The notes below the pieces were generated by a model that saw only the letters and a list, made by a program, of their open reading frames with translations, was not told where the DNA came from and did not search any database. Below are positions 10,801 through 21,347 of a DNA stretch of 64,000 bases, one piece after another. This DNA comes from Tricharina praecox (taxonomy: Eukaryota). The position numbers and the translations under genes were made by a program. The stretch covers positions 558,001-622,000 of the forward strand of contig NW_026250421.1 in NCBI RefSeq assembly GCF_024521635.1, in the 5' to 3' direction. The stretch's first letter is position 1; the number at the start of each line of letters is the position of its first letter.

Positions 10801-13572
10801 ACGTACACCGTTATCCAAGAGAAGATCATCTCTGGCGAAGTGGTCGAAGTCCCCGTCACTCGCGTCGAGGAGATCTACGTTTCTCAGCAGATCGAGGTCC
10901 CCGTCACTCGTGTTGAGTATGAGCAATCTACTGTTACCGCGGTCAATGAGGTCTTTGTTGGAGAGCGAATCGAGGTTCCTGTCACCCGGACCGAGATCCA
11001 GGAAGTTTTCATCAACGAGGTGGTCCCCGTCACCTACACCCTCGTCCAGGAGAACATCATTGCTGGCGAGGTCGTCGAGGTACCGGTCACTCGCGTCGAG
11101 GAGATCTACGTTTCTCAGCAGGTCGAGGTTCCCGTCACTCGTGTTGAGTACGAGCAGTCTGTTATCACCGAGGTCAATGAGGTTATTGTCCCCCAGTACA
11201 TCGAGGTTCCTGTCACCCGGACCGAGATCCAGGAGGTTTTCATTAATGAGGTGATCCCCGTCACATTCACTGTCACCCAAGAGAAGATCATTGCTGGCGA
11301 GGTTGTCGAAATCCCCGTCACTCGCATCGAGGAAGTATTTGTTTCTCAACAGATCGAGATTCCAGTCACTCGTGTTGAGTATGAGCAATCTACCGTCACC
11401 GCGGTCAACGAGGTCTATGTTTCAGAGAGAATCGAGATTCCTGTCACCCGCACCGAGATCCAGGAGGTTTTCATCAATGAGGTGGTCCCCGTCACCTACA
11501 CCCTCGTCCAGGAGAAGATCGTTGCTGGCGAGGTTGTCGAAGTCCCCGTCACTCGCGTTGAAGAAGTCTATGTTTCGCAGCAGATCGAGGTCCCCGTCAC
11601 TCGTGTTGAATACGAGTACGCGACGGTCACCGAGGTTGTCCAAGCTCCTGGTGTCGTTGAGATTGTCGAAGTGGCTGAGCGGGTAGAGGTTCCGGTCACC
11701 AAGGTCCAGCAGGTCTTCGTCACCATCACTACCGAAGTCCCTATCACTCGCGAAGTCCTGCTCCCTGGCGTTGAAGTCCCAGTCTACCGCACTGCTATTG
11801 AGCGCGTTGAGATCCCGGTTCCTGTCCCACAACCCACTGAGGTCTTCGTCACCAAGGAGGTTGAGGTCGTCCGTGAGGTTGCCGGCGCTGCCGTTACCGT
11901 GACTGAGGCTGTTGAGTTTGCCGTCCCCGTCACTGTTGAGCGCAACAACGAAGTCTTCATCACCAAGGAGGTTATCCGCGAGAATATCATTACCGTCGCC
12001 GGTGTTGCCCCCACTACCGAATACCTGACTGAGATGATCGAGGTCGCTGCCCAAATCTGCACTGCCACTGTGGAGGGTGCTGTCTACCCTATTATCCAGA
12101 CTATCGAAGTCCCTACCGCCGTTACCCATGTTATCACTCAGGAGGTCACGCAGGCTGCCCAAGTCATCACCGAGCTGGGAGCCGTCGTCACTCTTCCCGC
12201 TTGTGTGGAGATCGAGATCCTGACCGTTGAGGTGCCCATTCTGGGCCCGGTAAACACTCAATATGTTGAGGTTACCGTCCCCTATGGTGCCGGAACTTTT
12301 GAGACTATCCAGGTCCCCGTTCCCGTCTCCGGCCCCGTTGAGACCATTCAAGTCCCCGTTCCCGTCGCTGGTGCTACCGAGTTCGAGTATGTCGAGTTGG
12401 AGGTTTCTGTCGCCGGCCCAGTCGTCAACCGCGAAATACCTATTCCCTTCGAGGTACCTGGTCCTCAGGGTCCCGTCCAGTACATCGAGGTCCCTTGCCC
12501 TGTGAGCGGCCCCACCGAGATTATCAGCATCCCGATTCCCGGCCCGGCCGAGACCCAGTACATTGAGATCCCCGTTGCCGTTGCCGGTCCTCAAGTGGAT
12601 ATCGTCGGTTCCATTGCCGCCCCCGGTGAGGTCATCGCTGCCGAGGTTGGGGCTGGTGTCAACGTTGTTGCCGCTGCTGCTCCCGCTGCGGTCGAGATTG
12701 AGATTGAGAACGAGATCAACATCACTGCACCCGGTGCTATCCCTGTCGAGGTTGGCGAAGCCGTCGCTGTTGCCGGTGTTGCTCCGGTTATTGCTGAGAC
12801 CGAAGTCGATTTTGCCGCTCCCGCTGCTGTTCCTGCCCAGATCGTGTCTGAGGCTGGCGTTACCGTCCCCGCTACCGGCTCTGCCCAGACTATCCCGGGA
12901 AACATCGCTCAGATCGGAGGCGGCCAGCTTCAGGCTCCTAATGCAGTCTCCGGTTCCTCTTACCCTGGTCGGGCCCCTGCCGGCGTCGTCGTCGCTCCTA
13001 GCCCCGCCGAGGGAATCACCGTTGCTGGAGAGACCACTGAAGTCGTCGGTGACCTAACCCAGGGCTTTGCCGGAGTTGTCCCTCCCTGCCCTGCCGCTAT
13101 CGTCGAGACTTCCACTAAGGAGTTTGATGTACAGATCCAGGCTCCTGTCGCTCCTATCGCCCCTGTCGCTCCTGCTCCCGCTGCTCCTGCTCCTATTGCT
13201 CCTAATGCCGGCTTCGAGTTCCCCTACGCTCCCGGCCCCGCTATCGTCGACTTCAACGACATCCAGCCTCCTAAGCTCGGTCCTGGACCTGTCGTCGAGC
13301 CTTCTGAGGGCCCTATTGACGTTTTGACCCCTGGCCCCGTGGCTGGTGTTGCACCTGTTCAAGGTGTTGCTGGTGCTGGTGATTATTGCCCTTCTGTCGA
13401 GGTCGATATTGAAGCTCCTGGCCCTGTTATTGAGCTTGGCACCGGTGCTCCTGGAACTGTCGCTGGAGGGGCCTATGAGGGAGTTACCTTCGAGGGTGAG
13501 GCTGGGCGTATTTCGTCCCGAAATACCTTGGTTACTCTTACTGCTGTTGTGGTGGCCGCGATGTTGGTCTAA
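7897..13572 (+). CDS. Large secreted, probably GPI-anchored cell-surface protein with a Pro-rich N-terminus and Val/Glu/Thr-rich EVPVT repeats
   Basis: Intronless 1891-aa ORF with strong codon bias. N-terminal signal peptide (MKLTFGALLGLAMAVAA); C-terminal FEGEAG followed by a hydrophobic tail (LVTLTAVVVAAMLV) typical of fungal GPI signals. Confidence 0.9.
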   Translation: MKLTFGALLGLAMAVAAMPRTEAQPNAPYDPDYYDPAPFGGPPSFLAVDMYGMPLVPAGFEPGPPPPPPPSPTLGNGKEAEASVEVAANKGINRPKVIPLRIHTHNHGISLTTDQEGVSKVVLPEHDQKIDQAINNNEDVNVKVQKSERAPNGKPILLPPPPPPMMEFMPPPPPDFYGHPQPDFYSPPPPDFYGPPPPDFYGPPPPDFYGPPPSEYHQPPPGLSEFFEDFPMPPPGFGGPKPFDPLPPPPRPQPKKEAQKKKEGNKGGNVFETATSKATTQVEPTKTVNLKEQIRQKATPSVNAEFANDKNVNKVINVEQGESAVGPAGKGGVETIIAHTVIESGTTRVQMSQATGAAAANALFFPGGVMPMGNVDMVFPDIVINNANDINNANENQNQVAAANENANINPNNAANQNANQNFNEFTEVKEFKEFNEQQFAENHFNFEEKKFFLINAGAETVAVPVTITNTVLHTEVVAGETHVVEVPVTRTIIQQEQVIYPAETVYERIQLPGETIIEEVHLPGETVVVEREKVVQLPGETVVEQILKYHTVQLPGETVVHEIVHPTQTVIEEYHHTVQLPGETIIHEVVHPTQTVIEEYHHTVQLPGQTIVEQIQLPGTTVYEQVQLPGATIVEKEYISERVEVPVTKVVEVLQTITEKVPVTHTVINEILVSGEIVEVPVTRVEEIYISKEVEVPVTRIEEVYVSERVEVPITKTEVHEIFISEKVPVTYTVTEERIIAGQVVEVPVTRVEEIYVSQNVEVPVTRTEYQAATVTQVNEVYVSEKVEVPVTQYVEVPVTQTELQEIYVSEKVPVTYTVTQEKIISGEVVEVPVTRVEEIYVPQYVEVPVTRTEVQEIYVSEKVPVTFTVTQERIISGEVVEVPVTRVEEIYVSQQIEVPVTRVEYERSTVTEINEVFVSERVEVPVTQIQEVYMSEQVEVPVTQYVEVLVTLTEVQEVYVSEKIPVTYTVIQEKIISGEVVEVPVTRVEEIYVSQQIEVPVTRVEYEQSTVTAVNEVFVGERIEVPVTRTEIQEVFINEVVPVTYTLVQENIIAGEVVEVPVTRVEEIYVSQQVEVPVTRVEYEQSVITEVNEVIVPQYIEVPVTRTEIQEVFINEVIPVTFTVTQEKIIAGEVVEIPVTRIEEVFVSQQIEIPVTRVEYEQSTVTAVNEVYVSERIEIPVTRTEIQEVFINEVVPVTYTLVQEKIVAGEVVEVPVTRVEEVYVSQQIEVPVTRVEYEYATVTEVVQAPGVVEIVEVAERVEVPVTKVQQVFVTITTEVPITREVLLPGVEVPVYRTAIERVEIPVPVPQPTEVFVTKEVEVVREVAGAAVTVTEAVEFAVPVTVERNNEVFITKEVIRENIITVAGVAPTTEYLTEMIEVAAQICTATVEGAVYPIIQTIEVPTAVTHVITQEVTQAAQVITELGAVVTLPACVEIEILTVEVPILGPVNTQYVEVTVPYGAGTFETIQVPVPVSGPVETIQVPVPVAGATEFEYVELEVSVAGPVVNREIPIPFEVPGPQGPVQYIEVPCPVSGPTEIISIPIPGPAETQYIEIPVAVAGPQVDIVGSIAAPGEVIAAEVGAGVNVVAAAAPAAVEIEIENEINITAPGAIPVEVGEAVAVAGVAPVIAETEVDFAAPAAVPAQIVSEAGVTVPATGSAQTIPGNIAQIGGGQLQAPNAVSGSSYPGRAPAGVVVAPSPAEGITVAGETTEVVGDLTQGFAGVVPPCPAAIVETSTKEFDVQIQAPVAPIAPVAPAPAAPAPIAPNAGFEFPYAPGPAIVDFNDIQPPKLGPGPVVEPSEGPIDVLTPGPVAGVAPVQGVAGAGDYCPSVEVDIEAPGPVIELGTGAPGTVAGGAYEGVTFEGEAGRISSRNTLVTLTAVVVAAMLV
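8410..8535 (+). repeat. Coding tandem repeat encoding PPPPDFYG units
   Basis: Repeated cctcctcccgatttttacggc-like units in the Pro-rich region. Confidence 0.85.
9780..11700 (+). repeat. Coding tandem repeats; core unit 231 nt (77 aa)
   Basis: Homologous cgc(g/a)t(c/t)ga.ga..t.t starts at 10861, 11092, 11323 and 11554 (231-nt spacing), plus a longer variant starting at 10558. Confidence 0.9.
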
Positions 13573-14251
13573 TATGGTGTGTATTCTCCTCCTCCTCCTC
13601 CTCCCCTGGACTTCCTCCCCTGGACTTCCCCCGAGCTCCTGCTAATACTTCAGGTCTAGTCGAGCGCTTGAGGTATATGAATAGTAATATTAGGATGTGG
13701 GATGAAAGGATTAGATATTTGAGATCGTGTTTTTTAATGTCATGTGTGTACTGTCTTTTCTTTCGATATTGTGGGAGCTATGAGAAAGCGCTGATTTTTG
13801 TTTTGTTGCTATTTGATGCGTTTTAATTGTGTACTGTATTTAATTCCTTAAATTAATTGTTTGCACACATCCTGAGGTCTGCTATGTGTGGGCCGTTGTT
13901 AAGGTTGAGATTGGTGATACTTGTGAAGATTTTGGGAGGTTTCCTGCCGCCTTGCCGTGCGCTTGTTTTGACGCTGAACAATAACAACGGAATCTTGGCG
14001 CTAGCTCTGGCCTTGGTTGCTATCAACAACACGCGCCAACACATCGCACAAACACGCCGATCTAACCCCAGCCTCTTCACCCCCTCTGACCCACCTCACC
14101 TCTCCGGTCCTAGTTACCAGTCACCATCACCTCAACCCACTACTGCACCATTAATCCAAACAACGAAGCAGCTTCGAAACAATCCCACCTTCAACGAACC
14201 TCATCACCACTCCTGCCGCGATCGGTTGCAACCCACAGGAACAACACCACG

Positions 14252-15454
14252 ATGCCGGCCATTCCCCTCCCGGATACGTCTTCGACCTCACTCACGTCGC
14301 GCAGCGCCGCTCTCCTACGGCGCGCGATCCTCGAGCGCGCTGTCGACCACGGCAACATCGCGAAACCCGGCAAACTCGGTCCCGGAATCCTCTTCGTCTT
14401 CTGTCTCCTGGGCGCGTCCCTCGGCCTCCTCGCTTGGTGGCTGTTTATCCGCCGCTCGGGCTTCATCTGGCGCGAGTACGACTGGGATGAATACAAGTCT
14501 TCGGTCCTCCGGCGGCCGGAAGAGAGGCCGGATGATGCTGTCACTGTGTTCTCGGATGGTACGGCGAGGAAAGGCGGGCCGATGGGAAGCAGTGTTGGTG
14601 CCCGGACGGTGGTGCTGGGAGAGCTCGATACGACTTACACCAAGAGTTATGTGGCGAAGGAGAAGCCATGGGGTCCAAGGGACTTGCCCAATAAGGGGGC
14701 TGCGGGGAGCGGGAGCAAGGGAGGCGGAGGTTTCATGGGCGGTATGTGGGGCAAGGGGGAAGGGAGTATGTGGGGGAAGCTGCGAGGAGGCGAGCCCAGC
14801 GATAACGACACGGTTGTTCAGCGCGAGAAGTCATTGAGGGAGTCGAAGCGCCATAGTCGACGGCACAAGAGCAGGAGGGAACACAGAGGGGAACACAGAG
14901 AACATAGAACGCAGGATACCGAGCGTGCTGCACCACCTCTTACGGACATCACCCGATCATCGGAAGCCTCCAGCTCGACTCAACCGCCTCCGCCTCCTCG
15001 TGCCCCACAACCCAGTGTTCGTCGGCCGGCTCGCGTGTCCACGAGAGCTGGAAAGGCCCCAGTTAAGCGAGAGCCTAGCTACGCCGTCGGCGACGACAGG
15101 GCTGCCCACTACCATCAACACCGCAGAACACAGAGCCGTCGAGCCATGGAGGAAAGTAGCTCTAGCGAGGAGAGCTCGTCGTCCGACAGCGACAGCGAAG
15201 ACGACAGCAGCGACGACGAGAGCGCCCTTCAGAGCCAAATCGGAATGGCTAAAGGAAATAAGGTGTACCACCACCCCATCAGCCAGGACCGCGTGTTCTG
15301 GGGAAATGCGAGGCCTGTTGAGAAGAATGGCGGCGGCGCGGGTGGAACGTTTGGTGGTGGTGCTCCTGCACTCATGCCGAGGGGCTACAGGGCGGGTAGT
15401 GTGGGGAGTTTGAGCAGTGAGGGAAGTGTGAGGAGCTCCCATGTGGGAAGGTAG
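14252..15454 (+). CDS. Hypothetical single-pass membrane protein with a low-complexity C-terminus
   Basis: 400-aa intronless ORF. Hydrophobic segment (ILFVFCLLGASLGLLAWWLFI) followed by RRSGFIWREYDWDEYKSSVLRR, then basic and Ser/Asp-rich tracts. Confidence 0.75.
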   Translation: MPAIPLPDTSSTSLTSRSAALLRRAILERAVDHGNIAKPGKLGPGILFVFCLLGASLGLLAWWLFIRRSGFIWREYDWDEYKSSVLRRPEERPDDAVTVFSDGTARKGGPMGSSVGARTVVLGELDTTYTKSYVAKEKPWGPRDLPNKGAAGSGSKGGGGFMGGMWGKGEGSMWGKLRGGEPSDNDTVVQREKSLRESKRHSRRHKSRREHRGEHREHRTQDTERAAPPLTDITRSSEASSSTQPPPPPRAPQPSVRRPARVSTRAGKAPVKREPSYAVGDDRAAHYHQHRRTQSRRAMEESSSSEESSSSDSDSEDDSSDDESALQSQIGMAKGNKVYHHPISQDRVFWGNARPVEKNGGGAGGTFGGGAPALMPRGYRAGSVGSLSSEGSVRSSHVGR

Positions 15455-16170
15455 ATGGGCGCGGGGATTTCTTTCATGGCATCATTGACGGGCAATGAAA
15501 ATTGGTGGCTTTTTCTTTTCTTTTTCCTTGTTTTTTGATACCATAGTACGCTTACGATGATGACGACGAATTGAGGAGGGGCATACATAACACAGTATGT
15601 ACTGAATGGAAGCAAATGAACACTTGTCGAGTTGGTGACTCAGTAGTACCCGATACATTTCCGATAGGGGTATTTAAAAGAAGTGCCTAAGTACTTGGCA
15701 TTGGCCGCGTTGGTGGTGTAAAATCAGGGCATCGCCAAAGTATTTCTCCAGCATTTTTCCAAGTATGCGTCCGTTTCCTTGTGACTAGACGGGCCACTTA
15801 TGGGAAATCTAGGAGAGTTGCACGGATTGACTGTTGGCTTGGAATTTATCGCAATTTCTCTTGAATTGCAAGTCAAATTCTATTCCTGAACACCTAATAA
15901 GAAGCATCACTATTGCAGGTGATACCTTGGTGGGTAGTTTCTGGGAGTTGTGAGAACCTATGCCATAATGCACCCTCGCAGGCAAGCCTTCCCTCTTGGA
16001 ATCCCAGCTACTGTTATCTATCCATGAACTAAAGCTGTCTTTCGGAAGTTGTGATACATGGCTCGAAGCCGATGAGCAGATCATGACTGATTGACTCTAG
16101 CGACGCTGCATCAAAAATTCGAAATCAGCCTGTAAAGCATCCTGTCTCACTCGTTCAAATTTGTGGAACG

Positions 16171-16466
16171 TGTCGGTGAATACCTGTTTATTTGCCTATT
16201 CTGGTCACTGGTTCATAGCACTATTTGTTGTTTTCGCATTGTCATCGTAAGCAGCCTCTATGGCTTCTCAGCATTGTCCCTGGCATCTCACCAGAATCAG
16301 CCTCTTTAGCCCAGCCCAGTCCGGGATTGTCTATCGTAGAATTCTCTGCCAGAAGCTTCATCCTCTGTTTACACGAGCTTGTTGTTTCTCTTCAAAAATA
16401 GTCTATTTTTCTCGTCTTTCTTATCTATCTCATCAATCAAGTCAAGTCTTCTATCAAGCTTCAACA
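16171..16466 (+). mobile_element. Possible second, solo LTR
   Basis: tgtcgg...tcaaca boundaries, 296 nt (the 3' LTR nearby is 297 nt), T/C-rich, adjacent to the copia remnant. No TSD seen. Confidence 0.35.
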
Positions 16467-16520
16467 GGTCGCATGCAATCAATGATTAGATTGAACAAAA
16501 TCAAACAAAACAAACCGTAC

Positions 16521-17676
16521 GATTGCTTGTTCGTACTCCTTGCTTGGAAGGAGTTTTCATAGCTATCGTGAGCTTTCAGCATATTTTACCGTATCATTCA
16601 GACAATCCACAATATCCTCTTTCATCAAATTATCGACAGGTTATGAGCCCGGATCAACGCAATAACCTCAAACCTCTATCTACTGCACGCTATATAAATC
16701 CAACCAAACCATCGATAATCTAACTTTATATTTCCATCGCTTTCTTCAACAAAACCTTTTCCGACATGAGCGGAAGTACCACCTACGAGACCGAATATGG
16801 AGGCTTCGATAAGCTCACCGACTTCAACTATCTCGATTGGAAGATCAATATCACCTGCACCCTAGTCATCCTCGGAGCCTTTCCCATCGTGCTCGGAGAC
16901 GAGACCGAACAAGCTCCTCGTCGCCCACATCTACTCGTCCATCCCAGAGAGCTACTACGAAGCCGTCATCGGCACTCTCCAGCGTCTACCCCGTGATGAA
17001 GCAACCCCCGATCGCGTTATTCGACTACTGGTCGCCCATGAAAAACCAAACCTCTCGGTCCCAATCAGCGGTCCGTACGTAGGAACATCCTGAATGTTCC
17101 CTCTAAGCCAGGGAGGCCGAGGAGGCCGGAAAGGCTGGCGAGAACGAAGAAGACGTGGAAACGGACGAGGAAATCGGTCGGATGATGCGACGAAAGTCTA
17201 CCAGTGCACTAATTGTAAAATGGACAACCATACTACCGAAGAATGCACCCGACGCCTCCCAAAATCCTCGCTCCGCTCAGAATTCTCAAAAACGTGTCCG
17301 AGTGATGAATCCATCTAGTAGAGTACCCTAAGGCTCGGTCGTACCGGAAAACCGCCTACGAAAACACCAAGAGAGGAAGTGTTGGTTTATCACTCGTAAA
17401 ATTGCTTGTTTCGTGCTACTATAAAGCGTGCCCTTGCTTGGCGTTGCAGAGTTTCAGAGCTATCGTGATTCGTGAGCTTTCGGCATGTTTTACCGTTGTG
17501 ACGTTTGTGTATTTGTCTTTGTCACGAGAACTTGGCGGGATTGGCGGTGAGGAGAAGGTTTCAGTGGCGGAAGCTTGTCAGGCAGAGTTCGAATAGCTAG
17601 ACACACATCGTTGCGTGCAGTATCACTGTATCATTCAGATAATACACGATATCCTCTCTTCACCAAATTGTCGACA
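16521..17676 (+). mobile_element. Internally deleted, degenerate Ty1/copia LTR retrotransposon
   Basis: 5' LTR remnant ending ...tatcgaca (16638), immediately followed by a copia-type PBS ggttatgagccc (16639-16650). Gag fragments in between. PPT aagagaggaag (17369-17379), then a 3' LTR tgttgg...tcgaca (17380-17676) that aligns by eye with the 5' remnant. Confidence 0.85.
16766..17318 (+). pseudogene. Broken copia gag (N-terminal motif and CCHC zinc knuckle)
   Basis: FDKLTDFNYLDWK motif near the start; RGG-rich tract and CTNCKMDNHTTEEC (CX2CX4HX4C). Frameshifted, with no pol. Confidence 0.8.
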
Positions 17677-20600
17677 ATACTAGGGCTTCTACAATCAAAG
17701 TGCTTGGAAGTAAATCAGGAGGTTCCTCAATTATGGTATGAGTCCTCCGGCTTTCACGTCTCTAGTGTCCGACCTGAAGTTCTGCTATCCAGCCGGCTCA
17801 CAAACATCAACCAGGCCTTCATTCCCAAACATAGCAGAGCCCAAAGACCAGAAACGTAAACCTGTAGTAGCAGGCCCCCAACACTGGGCCCGTCGTTTTT
17901 GTTCCATTAGATCGGTAATTTTATTTCATGATATATCACCCACTCCAGAATCTAGAGGATTCGACAGGCTGAAAACGATGATCACTCCCGAAGATCTGCC
18001 GCCTGGCTGAGTTGTCTTGCGTCGGCAATCATCAAGCTCATCAGCCTAGCCTAGCCGCCGTTTTAGCCGGGAACACGATTTTAACTAGTCCATCTCGTCA
18101 AGTTCCTCCTTCGACTGCGACTCCGCTGACAGGCATCACGGTGAAAGATAAGAGAGAGCAGCAGCACCTAACTACGCACGGGGCACTCATGTAGCCTGTA
18201 TGTATGTATGTACGAGATCGAATCTTCTGGCTGAAATCTAGGCTCACATCCGTTCCAGTTCCTATATCCATCCAGTAGGCAGGCTTCTGCCAGGCCGGCA
18301 GCGGCGGTGAACGCGGGGAATCGCCGCCTTTGCCGCAGTGGTCTGTGCGTCTGCAGTCGACGGGCCCATCCTTGCTTGCCAGGAGCACACCGGGATATAA
18401 CTATGGAAAATAAACAACCCTCCCATCATCATCATCCCATCACCGGTCCCCGATTCGCAGTCTACTCTACCTACCTAAGTACTTCTTACTTATGTATGTA
18501 TAGACAGGGGGAAAGGAAACTCTAACCAAGTTTACAAGAGAGGCATATGTACCCAGTCAGCGGCGGGCGACTTGGCTAGGTAGATACCTGGATCAGCTCA
18601 TCTCCTCGGTCAATTAGTATCGATATGTAGCCGGCCCTGCACGCAATTGAGATGATGGATGCAAGTGGCCCGCCCACTCCCTCCCACATCCGGGTATGCA
18701 TGCTGTGATGAATACTTTATACATACTGCCTACCTAATAGTTACTCTAGACTAAATGTAGAGCAGCAGGAAACAAAGGAACCGTCGTGACGCGGAACGCC
18801 CCCACTCCGAAAGACCCTATTCGACCGGCATTCGCCGTGGGGCCAGCCGACAGACTTGCGCAGTGCAGTGCAGCATAGTTAGTAGCGAGTCTCGAACTGG
18901 TCTCCCGCCGCCTGTATGTATGTAAAACCTTCACGAGCCGAAAGCCCGCACAATACTATTCGCTATTGCCTACTTGACTGCCTGACTGCCTGACTGCGTG
19001 TTCCTAGCGTGTACATATACACATACAGCCAACTAAAGGAAGGTGTACTACTATAGGTAACCCAAGTCCAGACCAATAACAATGGTTTGAACTTTGAACG
19101 CCGCCGCTCTTGCACCCGCCCTTCGAGTTGGTATGTAGTATGTAGTAAGTATGGTACGTATGTCCTCGTTTTAGTGCTCCGAATTTATATGTAGGTACCT
19201 AAGTACTGGCATACTACATGTCATGCCCGTTCACTTTCCCCGGCGGGCGGTGGTCGGGCTGGCTGAGACGAAAGTAACTGACTAGTAATTAAGCCTGCGT
19301 ACGATATCTCCTAGAAGCGGCGGCGAACTACCGACATCTCACATCCATAATGGCCCGAAAAAACAGCGTGCCCATTCTACCTATACGCACGGCAGTTACA
19401 CGGGGGGTGGGGGGAAGGAGACTAGATGGATATGTACTTATGTACAGCTACATACCTAGGGTAGTTAACCCTAGGGACTCCCAGTATCCAGGACACTAAT
19501 GCCTACCCTCTACCCTCTACCCAGCTAGTAGCCGCCTGGGCAAAACTCACTATATCATACTATACCGATCACCACCAATGCCCCCTCCCTTCCCCCCATC
19601 GATTGCGTCCATTCCTGGGAACATGGGTACATCATAACTAATGGACTGGACTGTGTTGTGTGCAGTGTGCGGGGATGCTGCGATAGATGGAGGATGACAG
19701 CTAAGCGGCGGCGGCCTACCTGCGTTCATGTACGCATACTCTACTTTACTCTACTCTACACGTATGTACTCTATTGTACATGGTTGTTATTAGTAGTTAG
19801 TAGTGGTTATGTAGGGCAGGCAGATCCGTTCGTACGGACCTTCCCATGTCGGTATGTAGGTAGGTGCGTGTAGAGTACTCTACATATCAATATCATGTGT
19901 GCTTCCTTCAGCGGGTAGTCAGTTGAGTTGTGTTGTGTGGAGTTTTGTGGAGTCGTGGCTGGGAAGTGGAACTTTGGCCCCGATTCTCCAGTCCCTTGGC
20001 ACTCCGCGTGCTGGCTGGGACCCTCCCCGGGACCGGGACCGGACCAGCCCTCAACTGCGCGCAATCTCCACATCCAGAACACACGTGTAGTAGTAGAGTG
20101 GTAGTAGGGCTGTGGATCGCGGCTGCTTCCGAGAATAAAGGCTGCTGGAAGTGGAGTCTGCGATCTCCAAACGGGTAGATAACTATATAGTTGCTTGAAT
20201 CGGTTCTACATACACTGCCGACAAGCTCGCTAACGGATTGGCGTCGACGTTACCAACGTCGGTTGTGGTGGTGGTGGTGGTGGTGGTGGTGGTGGGGGAC
20301 GCAGACATCCGACGTCCTCGGCCGCTTTCGGTGGATGTGCCGAATTCTGTTGCTGCACTGAGAGTGGTACAGGATAGGCTGCACCGGAGTAGAACGGGTG
20401 TAGTGGGATGCCTCACATTCGTCGAGTGCTCTGGGGGGATGGGAGTTGGTGGTGTGTCTACAGAGAATCACATAATATGACTCGGCAGGAACTTCCTGCG
20501 GCGGGGCTCTCAGCGGAGCGGGCCCCGTTCCTGGATAGCAGTAGGAATATCCACATAGGCAAATGGCATTTCCAGATGTACATACAGAGTTCTACACGGC

Positions 20601-21070
20601 TGCGAGTTTCCATTGAGCAAATCGACCAGATGTTCACACGGCGGCCGATCCGCACAGTTACCCCGTGCATCTGCCAGCAACAAAAGCAATAGACAGAAAA
20701 AAGTATCTCGTAACCATAACGATCACCCGAGTCGAAACGCTAGTCATGATACCACCAAAGCACGAAAGGTGGAAATCTCCACATTTTTCCGGGCTCGATG
20801 ATCGGTGCTAACCAGTAGTTCCCTCCCTCCCTCCTGGTTACATCCATCCGAGCTAAACACCGTGTTGCTCTCCCGTCCGCTAGAGCGTAGTAGTCATTTA
20901 GTCGAGGGAATTCAATCTAAAGTTCGGTCCCCACTCCCAAGGTATCTCTACAGTACTAGTATGATAGGCGGCAGCATTCACAAAATGCGAAAACCCGGAG
21001 ACGCATCCCCGCCTCTGGTGACTGCGGCGATCACGACGGTGCAGTTGTGTGGATCGATGAGCGAAGCGTG

Positions 21071-21347
21071 GCTGCCGTTGCCATTGCCGTTGCCATTGCC
21101 GTTTTCGTTGCCGCTGTCACTGCCGTTGGTACTGCAATTGTCGTCATCGCCCGTTCGGAGTATAACGCGGGTGGACAAGCTTATGATAGAACACGCGGTC
21201 TACAATGCGTAGCTGCCGCTGCCGCTGCCATTGCCATTGCCGTTGCCGCTATCATTACCGTTGGTGCTGCCAGTGTCGCTGCCGCTCGTTCGGAGGGCAA
21301 CGCGGGTGGACAAGCCCATGGCAAAAACACCCGGTCTACAATGCGTA
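21071..21347. repeat. Diverged tandem duplication, 2 x about 140 nt
   Basis: Both copies contain gccattgccgttgcc, cgttcggag..aacgcgggtggacaagc and cggtctacaatgcgta. Confidence 0.85.

Noticed and set aside
8227..12594. 762-aa, 243-aa and 390-aa minus-strand ORFs with LRR-looking Leu/Asp repeats
   Set aside because: Reverse complement of the EVPVT repeat codons.
19455..19477. Small inverted repeat containing taacccta (telomere/TER template-like)
   Set aside because: Single short match expected by chance.
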